Shown piece after piece: positions 23,394-33,200 of a DNA stretch of 64,000 nucleotides. The DNA is from Schizochytrium sp. TIO01 (taxonomy: Eukaryota > Protista > Bigyra: Labyrinthulomycetes): NCBI GenBank assembly GCA_004764695.1, contig SMSO01000004.1:2046001-2110000 (forward strand). Direction: 5' to 3'. Position 1 is the first letter of the stretch. The number at the start of each line of letters is the position of its first letter. The notes beneath the pieces are model-generated. The model did no database searches. It was not told where the DNA came from and saw only the letters and a program-made list of their open reading frames with translations. The position numbers and the translations under genes were made by a program.

Positions 23394-24680
23394 TTAATCG
23401 TTCTTTGTCTTGTTGCTGTTGCTTGACCCAATGCAATGACTGAAAATAAAGCCCAAGATCATGAGAACAAAAAGAGGAGCACCCAAAAAAGCAATCATAA
23501 CAGGGTTTACTTTTTGCTCATTGAAATCCACAATACCGAGAGCAATCATAGAATCTGCCGCATCGATTAGTGTCTGAGAGGTATTACGGTAGTTGTACTT
23601 AAAACCAAGGCTTCTGAGGCGACTGTCATCATAACCTGGGTGCTTGTCCATAAACTTGGCAGGATAGAGCATGTACTCATCGATGCGAGGATCAGCGCGA
23701 GCAAGAATGTGATTGAAGAATGTCGGGATCTCATAGTGGAGGTGTGGAATTGGCGAATCTGGAAAGTGACGCTTCAAAACTGCCATCATATCAACGGGAT
23801 TGACACTTGATGTTTTCGGGTCAAGCCCAAGAATATAGCGCCCTTGCGCATCTTCGTGCTCGAGAACAAAAACATGTGCTCTTGCGACATCTCGCACATC
23901 AATAACGCTCAGGCGGAAGGGAAGCGCCATAGGAAGTTGGCCGGAAAGCATTAGCTCAACAAGTTTGTTTGATGTTGTCACGCGAGTGGACTGCTGAGGG
24001 CCAATGCCCAGGCCGAAATGAATTGACGCATACTGGAAAGGCATCTTGCCATCCATATCCTTGTGCTCGTCGAGCCATGCAAGACTAGCCTTCTCAGCCT
24101 GAGTTTTTGAGTAGGCGTAAAGGCCGAATTCACGAGAAGCGACAGTGTTCCAATCAGTGTCTTTGACTAAACCATAATCGTTGCCCTTGGAGTGAAGACG
24201 TTCCGCATCTGGGAAGAGCGAGGCCACTGAGGAGGTCACGACCAGCTTTTCGAGCTTGTTCTGTTCCGCAGCTTGAAATGCGGCTAGGGTGCCATTAATG
24301 GCGTTCTGAATAGCTTGTTCATCCATATTACCAACTTGACTGGCAATATGGAGCATGCTGCTACAACCTCTTGCAGCAGCATCAAATGCGTTCGGGACAC
24401 CGAGATCCGCCTCAAAGAGCTTCAAGGATCCCGGAGTCACCGCAGCGATATTCTCTAGAAATTCATACTTGGCCTTGTCTTCGAGCGAGCGCACAGTGCC
24501 ATGAACCTCGTAGCCCTTTTCTAGCAGTACTTGGACAGTGTGACCTGCCACGAAACCACTGGCGCCGCTCACTAGGACACAGCCATCCTCTGGGCTCAGT
24601 GCTTGTGTAGGCTCACAAACGAGCGTCGCATACGCAAAAAACAGCACACTCGCAGCCAATGCCCGCTGCAATACAACCAT
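23394..24680 (-). CDS. Extended SDR / NAD(P)-dependent epimerase-reductase (dihydroflavonol/cinnamoyl-CoA reductase-like) with signal peptide and C-terminal TM anchor
   Basis: Rossmann motif VLVSGASGFVA, VHGTVRS, LFEADL, TSSVASL, catalytic YAYSK and IDVRDVARAH. Hydrophobic N-terminus, C-terminal TM segment and KTKND end. Confidence 0.88.
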   Translation of the reverse strand: MVVLQRALAASVLFFAYATLVCEPTQALSPEDGCVLVSGASGFVAGHTVQVLLEKGYEVHGTVRSLEDKAKYEFLENIAAVTPGSLKLFEADLGVPNAFDAAARGCSSMLHIASQVGNMDEQAIQNAINGTLAAFQAAEQNKLEKLVVTSSVASLFPDAERLHSKGNDYGLVKDTDWNTVASREFGLYAYSKTQAEKASLAWLDEHKDMDGKMPFQYASIHFGLGIGPQQSTRVTTSNKLVELMLSGQLPMALPFRLSVIDVRDVARAHVFVLEHEDAQGRYILGLDPKTSSVNPVDMMAVLKRHFPDSPIPHLHYEIPTFFNHILARADPRIDEYMLYPAKFMDKHPGYDDSRLRSLGFKYNYRNTSQTLIDAADSMIALGIVDFNEQKVNPVMIAFLGAPLFVLMILGFIFSHCIGSSNSNKTKND

Positions 24681-25089
24681 ACTTGCAGTACACGAAACCG
24701 CAACGGGCTCTGCCACGCGCAATTGAGGTTTTGCGCGCTTTCAGGTCATCAAACTCAATCTTCCTGAGATACCTATCGAGGTTCCTCAGCGCAGATATTG
24801 ATAGAAAATAATTTTACTAATCATTCAATACCCCTATTACCTACCGACCACCTATGGTAGTTTATGTAGGTACTAGGGTATCTTTTATTCTTTATTCTTT
24901 ATTCTTCTTTGTAATACTCGTACTTTATTTTTGAGAAGGTCTACCAATGGAAGGCCCAGTTTTATTTTTTTTAAAGTTTATTTGTTTTTAACGATCGTGA
25001 TTCTACAAAAACTCAAGTTAGAGATCAATCAAATATTCAATCGATCGCGGAGCGGATAGCGCCACAGTCTGCTGTACGCGCCGAGGACG

Positions 25090-25659
25090 ATGGACCTTGA
25101 ACTTTCTCAGGACGATGATACGTTGTTGATGAATCCACGACTTGGTGAGGTAAGTCTACTCTCTTGAAGACTAGCCAGGATGAGACGATGGTTAGAAACT
25201 CTCGCTCCTTGACTCAAAGCAGCACAAGGCGACTCTTAAGACAGAGGCCGTTGCAGAGTGGGATCCCAGCGAAGAAAGTCGTGGCCATTTAAAGACAGGA
25301 CAGGCGGGATTTGATTGTAGAACTGTGGAATACTGACGGTCTTGAGCGAGATGGTGAGCGGTTCCGCGGTTCATCTTCATCTCTATTCAACATAGGATGT
25401 GGTCATGGCTTTGCTTCGCAACAAGATCGGCGACGATGTTCGGATTCATAAACATGCATTAAAAATGATGACGGAGTACCTCAGACTGATTACGCAAGAA
25501 ACAATTGACCGAAGCATTGCAGCTGCACGCCAGTCAGTCACAGAGGGTGGCGAAGACGGTGCACGGCTCTTTGGAGGTTCCTTTGTTGAGAAGGATGTCA
25601 TACACGTTGAGCCCACACACGTATCCCAAATTGTGCAACAGCTTTTGCTTGACGTTTGA
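25090..25659 (+). CDS. CENPX: Centromere protein X / MHF2 histone-fold protein (2 exons: 25090-25149, 25396-25659)
   Basis: RIHKHALKMMTEYLRLITQETIDRS...VEPTHVSQIVQQLLLDV matches the CENP-X pattern. Upstream exon MDLELSQDDDTLLMNPRLGE has a GTAAGT donor and CATAG acceptor, phase 0. Confidence 0.8.
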
Positions 25660-26432
25660 CGAGTGGAATGAATTTCATCTACACGAATTAGAATGCGCCC
25701 ACACAAACTATGTTACATATGCATATTGCAAGTTCTTTGGATTATTGTGCACTTGGTTTCCGCAGGCATACGATGCAGATCCTCGTCAGCACAGGTTTTC
25801 AAGAGTGCATTTAAATTTAAAATTCGCCCAATTACAATCTTAACACGTTACGTTATGAATTCAACAAATTGTTTCACTGGCCTGGGCGTGTTTCACAATG
25901 CACTGATGGTCCGATACATGTGTTGTTGAGCATGTTCCAGAGTTAGAAATGATGCTTAATGTGAGGAGAGCTAGGCTCAATCTCTGTGAAATGTGCCACA
26001 CGCAACTTTGTTTATGGAAAGCGACAGCTAAATCACGAATGCAGTGCGAAAGAACCATCACCAACGATTATGTACATGGTACATTTTTACATGAATGATA
26101 TTTGAGTCATTTTATTATTAATTTCATTGTTTTTTCCTTTTTTTTCAATTAATTTAATTTTATTTATTTAACTTTAAAGTTTAAAAAAGAAGAGAGATGA
26201 AGAAACTCTTCTCTTTTCAACCTATGAGTTACTGTAATGAATTCTTATGTCTGGGACGCATTCTGACAGCTTGAACCCGGAACTTGCTCAGAAGCGAAAC
26301 CTGAGCACAGAGTCTGAATAAGCCAAAACAATTTCTCTCGTACTGGCCTCCAGACTACAGTGCGAATCCTGGATACCGTGTCGGGGCTTTCTTCTGAAAG
26401 AAATACCTCTGCTTTGATAGCAACTTGAGAAG

Positions 26433-27779
26433 ATGGCAGCGAAGCGAAGATCCCAAGGTTTACCAACCCTGCCTGCGGATCAGGAGGAATTTCAGGAAGG
26501 CCAAGGCGAAGACGAGCAAGATATATATACTGAAGATGAAAAGGTTTCAAGAGCTACAGGTCGAGAGAAGCGGGTAAGAAGCGTTAAACCCCTTATTGAG
26601 TTTTTGACCTTCTACTTTGGGACATTAGCCATTTTGCATATCCTAGATAAGCATGGATTTCTCTATGAAGGGCGATCAGCGTGGCGTATGCTCCCTCCAG
26701 GAGTCTCATTTAGGTCACTTGTAGGTGTTGAGATGCTGGAGAATTTTCCTTTTGTCTTGCTTGGTGTCGTTTTGGTGTACCCACTCCACCTTTGGCGTAA
26801 TCTCGTGAAGTCGTGCTTTGTACGACTAGCAGCTAATGGGGCCGGATTACAGCCTGGGTCACTTAAATATGCCAAATTTCTTGAGCAAGCATGGCTTGCT
26901 GTTCATTACTCCGCGGTATCATCTCTGGAGATATATACAATCATGACAACGCAAGATTCCCTCTGGCCGCCTATGATTTCCGAGGCTAGTCGCGAAGCAA
27001 TATTGATGCCGATGTCAGCAGTCTCAAAGCACCATAATCTCGGAATGGTTCGTTGCACATATCTTTTACAGTTTACCTTTTACTTTCTTGAGCTCGCAAC
27101 GCTATTTATGGACCAAGCCAGCCGTTCGAGGACTGATGCAATTGTATATGCAATTCATCATCTTCTCACGGTATTTCTGATAAGTTTCAGTTTTTTAATC
27201 CCGTCGCAGCATGTAGGTTTGCTTGTGCTATTTTTTCATGATGTAGGCGATATCTTCCTTCCCATCGCGAAATGCTTTGTGTATGCTGAAGAATACGCAC
27301 GCTCTGCCTACTCAATACGAATAGTGCAGGTCCTTGAAGGTTTGGGCATTTTCTTCTTCATATGTTTTCTTGTTAGCTTTGCTGTTTTAAGGTTGATGCT
27401 ATTCCCCATACTGATATATCTTGGTGTTTATGAGGCTGCCTGGTGGACGCGAGAGTGGCCGAACCCTACTTTAATTGGTATAGTAGGAGAGAGTGCTCAA
27501 GTGGAGGAAGACCTTCTGGTAGTTTATTTAGATAATCCCGCAAGAACAGCACGTTTTTATCTGACGACAGCTTTGCTTCTTTTGCTCCCGCTCCATGTTT
27601 ATTGGTTTCGCCTTGCATTGCGTGTAGCGTTTCGTGCCTTATTTGGCAATTATTCTGACGAGCGTTCTGAAGATGGCGATGCGGACCGAAGTATGGAAAT
27701 TAGCGATGAGCTTGAGGTGAACCATAATAGGCCGCATGTTGTGGTGAGGCGATGGAGTAATTCCAAAAAAGAAGACTAA
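26433..27779 (+). CDS. TLC-domain ceramide synthase (LAG1/LAC1 family)
   Basis: Lag1p motif RSRTDAIVYAIHHLLTVFLISFSF...GLLVLFFHDVGDIFL, plus KFLEQAW, LHVYWF and DERSED; C-terminal KKED dilysine signal. Confidence 0.9.
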   Translation: MAAKRRSQGLPTLPADQEEFQEGQGEDEQDIYTEDEKVSRATGREKRVRSVKPLIEFLTFYFGTLAILHILDKHGFLYEGRSAWRMLPPGVSFRSLVGVEMLENFPFVLLGVVLVYPLHLWRNLVKSCFVRLAANGAGLQPGSLKYAKFLEQAWLAVHYSAVSSLEIYTIMTTQDSLWPPMISEASREAILMPMSAVSKHHNLGMVRCTYLLQFTFYFLELATLFMDQASRSRTDAIVYAIHHLLTVFLISFSFLIPSQHVGLLVLFFHDVGDIFLPIAKCFVYAEEYARSAYSIRIVQVLEGLGIFFFICFLVSFAVLRLMLFPILIYLGVYEAAWWTREWPNPTLIGIVGESAQVEEDLLVVYLDNPARTARFYLTTALLLLLPLHVYWFRLALRVAFRALFGNYSDERSEDGDADRSMEISDELEVNHNRPHVVVRRWSNSKKED

Positions 27780-27978
27780 AAGTTGAAGAAGGTTTAGCAA
27801 GCTATTCGATCTTGTTAAAATGAAAATCAAACATTACCTTGGTACTCGGTACTTTCACTCTTATAGATTCTGTTCAAGTTTAGTTGCTGATGATCTCGAC
27901 AGCCCCCCCCCCAAGTTTTGATGTTGCTTTCGTGCATGGAATCAACAATTGTGAAACTTTCAGCTTCAGCTTAAATAT

Positions 27979-28002
27979 AATACTCTTAAAGTTAAGAGTA
28001 TT
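27979..28002. repeat. Perfect 11-bp inverted repeat (AATACTCTTAA-AG-TTAAGAGTATT)
   Basis: Read directly; lies about 200 bp downstream of the ceramide synthase stop. Confidence 0.8.
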
Positions 28003-29113
28003 CGCCCGCTTCTGCCTCCGCTGTTGCTCAGATTCTAAATCTATTTAGCAAAATGACGTTGCTTGCTCCAACTTATCTCTTCAATGATGGTCCAATCAGT
28101 TCTCATCAACAGCTGCATGGACTATATCTATACAATCACAGTTGCAATGGAGTTTTTAATCGAAATCAAATAGTGCTCACTCTCATGAAAAAAGAACCTC
28201 GAGATTTTTCTTCTTCCTCTCCAGATCACTCACTCTCCATGCGTGTTCTCGTAACGCGGTATTTCCGTGCACCCTTATTAGGCACATTTCGTTAAATTAA
28301 AGTTTGAACTACCTCGGCTCAACGCAATGATCGCCCGGCATCTTGAGGATTTCGCATGTTTTCTAATGGATTTGAGTGCAGGATTTGTCAACCTTATCCC
28401 GTTCGGCGAACCTCACGAACCTTCATAATGAATTACGAAGATGATGATCTAAAATTTGATTGCATTTTGGTGTCACTGGTAGCTTCGTAGCCACTGTTAT
28501 GCAGCCATTAAACGATTAGCCCTGCTCCAACTAAGAGAAGTGTCTATGCTCCCATCCGCTTCCCGACCTGGTAAGCTCTTCAGATGCATGACCAAGCAGA
28601 GGTCATTTCATAATTTGTGCGTCTCAAGAGCTGCATTAAGCGGTGGTTCTGGTTGCTACTATCCACTGCAATCAATCCGTCATTAAGAATGACTCAAGCG
28701 TTACTCCGGAAGAGTGGATATTGATAGGAAATTAGTAGGTATAGGTATGTATGTATTTGTATTTAGTAGGCACAGACAGAAGAAGAGAAGAAGAAGAGCG
28801 TTCTTTCTTGCCTGCTAGCAAGTGCCTATCTACCGTCTAGCTCGTAGCAATCACTTATCTGCCGCTACTGTGTAACTACTGTAGTTGATGCTAGGAGGAG
28901 TCACTAGTGGGCTACTTTCTATCTATCATGTATCTATCTATCTATCTACAGTATGAATCAAGGTAGAAGTGGGCTACTGATAGTAGGCCTGCAAGAGAAC
29001 TCCAAGAATCCCAGAATCTTTCTTGTTCTTGAAGTTGTGTGTCGGTGGAGTTGTTCTTCATCACTACGGCCAACGGGAGTTCAGGATATGGTGGACTGCA
29101 GTTCGAACAAAGC

Positions 29114-29335
29114 TGTTTGCTTGTTTGCTTGTTTGTTTGTTTGTTTGTTTGTTTGTTTGTTTGTTTGTTTGTTTGTTTGTTTGTTTGTTTGTTTGTTTGT
29201 TTGTTTGTTTGTTTGTTTGTTTGTTTGTTTGTTTGTTTGTTTGTTTGTTTGTTTGTTTGTTTGTTTGTTTGTTTGTTTGTTTGTTTGTTTGTTTGTTTGT
29301 TTGTTTGTTTGTTTGTTTGTTTGTTTGTTTGTTTG
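29114..29335. repeat. (TTTG)n microsatellite, ~220 bp
   Basis: Near-perfect tetranucleotide run; accounts for the spurious CLFV-repeat ORFs. Confidence 0.98.
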
Positions 29336-29837
29336 AAGACTGCTACAGTTGTGAAGAAACTAAACTACTCGGTATCTTTGATGGATTCATTCATCTGGTA
29401 GCTAGGCAGTAGGAGGCCTGGCAGTTAGTTTTGCAGCACCTAGTACCTAACAGGGTAGGAAGCCATCAAAAGCCAAGGAAACGAGGGATTGATTAGAAGC
29501 GCTTGAAAGTTGTCACAAAGCGGGAACCAGTTTGTGTCTTTTCCTGCTTTCGTGGACGACGACTGCTATTTACAATCAAATTAGCTTTTCCTACTTACTA
29601 CAAGTGCCTGGATGCAAGCTTAGCTCGACCAAATCTACGCTGCGACTGCATAGTAGCCTTCAGAGATGGTTAGTTTTGTGAGGCAGGAAAGAAAAGAAAG
29701 AAAGGCCTTTGCTTATTTCTAGTTGAAAGTTAACAATAATTTTCAAAGGATCGATGGTAGTCCTACCTAACCACCTGCTACCCACCTACCTACCTAACTA
29801 ACTAACTAATAGTGCTCACTATTAGTCGCTCATTGTT

Positions 29838-29880
29838 ATTGATTGATTGATTGATTGATTCATTCATTCATTCATTCATT
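29838..29880. repeat. Compound (ATTG)n(ATTC)n microsatellite
   Basis: Read directly; part of a simple-repeat-rich region upstream of the USP7-like gene. Confidence 0.9.
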
Positions 29881-30218
29881 TTTTGGTTACTAATAGAGGG
29901 TAGATAGGTAGTTAGTATATGGTTGCTAGTGGATACCTACGGTTTATTCCTGGTTTGAAGTCTCTCTATTCGCCATATAATGCGAAGGTATGCATATGAT
30001 AGTATGATAAAAAGTTGTCGCTGGTCGATCATTATTTTCCTGTCGCTGCTTCGTTGGGGCAAGCAATCTCTCTCCGTGCAAGGAGGCGCTGGTCAGGCGC
30101 TCGCTCGCTGGCTGCGCGATCCGCTGGATAGGCGGGGCGGAGGTGGTGGCGACCGGGAGGCGAGGTTGACGGAGCTTGTCCTGACTGACTGACTGACTGC
30201 CTACCAGTGGACCCCGAG

Positions 30219-33200
30219 ATGCCGCCGGCACGCACATCCTTCAACAAGTCCGTGGAGGCCAGCGGCGGAAGCTCCCGCATCCAAGGCGGCGAGCAGCCAC
30301 TGCGACTTGCGGAGAGCCAAGAAGGCGAGGGAAACACAAACTCACAGCATCAAGATCAGCAGCAGGGTTCTCAGCAGGAACAGCAGCAGGTGCCGCTCGA
30401 AGGCGCGAACGGAGCCAAGAACTACACTGAAGACGCTGAGAAGGACGACGAAAGGGAAACAGACATGATTGACGTGCATAAGGCAAATAAAGATCTCGAT
30501 GCACTTTGTGCGGGAGATTGTGCTGATGGTGCTGAAGCAAATGGCATAGCAAGCAAAAAGCAGGATGAGAAAATCAATGGAGAAGATGCAGATGCGAACT
30601 CACACATGGAAGGCGTGGAGATAGAGACTGCAAAGGATGAGAAATCAGAGGCGCGAACGGAGGATATCGTTATGAAGAACTCCGAATTGCCAGCAGCTGT
30701 GATGGGTCCAGCGATGTTGACGTCACAAGTACAACGCAAGGCGTCTGAGGCTTCTGCGGCGTCTGCGACAGCCTCGAGCTCGTCAGTGGCAAGCAAACAT
30801 TTGGAGGTGCATGTGAATGAGGAAGACGATCAACTTTTGTATGGAGCCAGGTCAGCATACGTGGCAGACTCCCTTGATGTGGCCAACAGGTTTGAGATAA
30901 TCATGCGTGTTGAGAACTTCCACAAAACACGCGAAGAGTTTATGAACCGCCAAAACGGGGCGTTGTCCATTCGGTCTGAGCCCGTAGTTACGCCTGATGG
31001 TTTCAAGTTTGGACTAATGCTTTTCCCCAACGGTATTGCCGCTAAGCCCAACCTTCTTGCACTCTTTTTGGAATGGTGTGACCCGGCTGAGGAGCTCCAG
31101 CGTAGACTAGGAGCCGATTATTCGCGGAAGATAGACTACCGTCTCGAGGTTGTGAAGCACCCTCTTCCTCCACCTGTGCGACTTGGCTCAAAAAGGAAGC
31201 GCCAAGATGTGAAAACTTCATCAGCAACCCCTACCAGCCTCAAGCCCTCCAAACCAGGCGACCAGCAGGATGATTCTGCTCCTGCGAACGGTGATGCTAT
31301 CGATTCTATTGATGATGTAGGAGAGTCTGCTGCCAAGAGGGCGGCAACTGACGAGGGAAACAAACCCGTCAGTGCACAAGATATATCCCATCGTATGGAG
31401 GATGTGCCTGGACCCAATGGCAATCAGGATGATTGTGTTCCTGACTCCAAAGAAATAGACAAAGAAAACGCTTCCGTAGCATCCCCCAATGGCTCTCCTA
31501 AACCTAACGGCGTAGACCACGAATCGCCATCTGGCACAGAGGCGCTCCGAGAGGCCCCTCCTTCTTCGGAAAATATATTGACTGAACGCAATGGTGTAAA
31601 TCTTATGGATATCGTGAATGAAAGTCTAGAAGAGGATGGAGAGAATAGCCTAACCGGAACAAGTGCCACTTTGTCAGCAGTGACGCCGAGCTTTAATACA
31701 ACCCTCAAGTGTGATTTTAGCTCTACTGACGATTGGAGAGCCAAAAACACGGATTGGGGCAGCAATGAGTTAATCAGTGTGGACCATCTGAAAGTCGAAA
31801 ATGGTCTACTGGATGCAGACGGGGCCCTCGTTTTGCGGGCCGTGGCGACACCCTATTTTGATCGTTCTCACTATGACACGAAGGAAGCTACAGGCAAGGT
31901 CGGTCTTGAAAACGACGGTGCGACGTGCTACCTGAATTCTCTCTTGCAAACACTCTTCATGACGAAAAGGCTTCGGCGCGAGGTATATGACCTTGACACT
32001 ACACACGAGAAGGCTAAAAATGGTGTTGCATTGGAGCTTCAACGACTTTTCTGGCAATTACAAACAAGCGATATGTCAGTCTCGACGCGTAACCTGACCA
32101 CTGCTTTTGGCTGGAAAAGCGCATTTTTGTTCCGCCAGCATGACGTTCAGGAAATGAATCGCGAACTTGTGGATAAACTTGAAGAACGCATGAAAGGGAC
32201 TTCTTCAGAAAATTTAATCAAGGAGCTATACACGGGCAAAATGCGTTCCTACATTAAGTGCATCAACGTGAATTTCGAGTCGGCTCGAGACGAAGAGTTT
32301 TACGACATTCAGCTTGATGTGAAGAATATGCAAAATGTATACGAGGCATTTGCTAAATACATTGAGGTAGAGCGTCTGGAGGGCGACAACCAGTATGAGG
32401 CAGAAGGGCACGGAAAGCAAGACGCCCACAAGGGTGTGGGATTTTTGTCATTTCCACCTGTGCTTAACTTGCACCTTAAACGCTTTGAGTTCGATCTCAT
32501 GACTGAAATGACAGTGAAAATCAATGACGAATTTCGCTTTCCTGTTCACATGCGACTTGATCAGTTCTTGCATGAAAGCGTGCGTCGCTCGGATGAAGAG
32601 ATTGAGGCTGATCCCCAGTACGAATATGTACTACACTCCGTGTTGGTACACTGGGGTGACGTCAACTCTGGCCATTACTATGCTTTCATCAACGATATGA
32701 CCCAGGACGGATTATCCGGCGAATTTAAATCACGTTGGCTAAAATTTGATGATGAAAAGGTTTTTCCAGCCAGTAAGGAAATGGCTGTGAGCAACAATTT
32801 TGGGGGGCATAGTCCAGACCGCTACACATCCCATGGCAATGCATACATGTTGGTGTACATTCGCAAAGACGCCCTTTCAGATGTTCTGATGGACGTTCCT
32901 GAGGAAAGCGTACCCCGTGCTTTGCTTGATCGTTTCCAGAAGGACGAGGAGGAGGAGCGTCTTCGTCAGGAAGAGGAAGACCGTAAGCGCGCAACGGTAT
33001 GTTTTCGATACATAACTCACAAAACCTTGCGAAAGTTCTATGGTTATGAAAGAGGCCCTCGCTTCAAAGATCTCATTGACTTTTTTCGGGAAAGAGATTC
33101 TAAACAAATCGAACTGAAGAAGAAATCCACTGTGGAGGACTTGCTCAAACAGCTGGCTCCTACAGTTGATGCTAAAGATTGGCGACAAGTCCGTATCTGG

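Noticed and set aside
28030-28720. Coding-like stretch downstream of the ceramide synthase
   Set aside because: The frames I translated are broken by frequent stops and show no recognisable motif; cannot be supported even as a pseudogene.
28953-29412. Three overlapping ORFs with CLFV repeats
   Set aside because: Artefacts of the stop-free (TTTG)n microsatellite.
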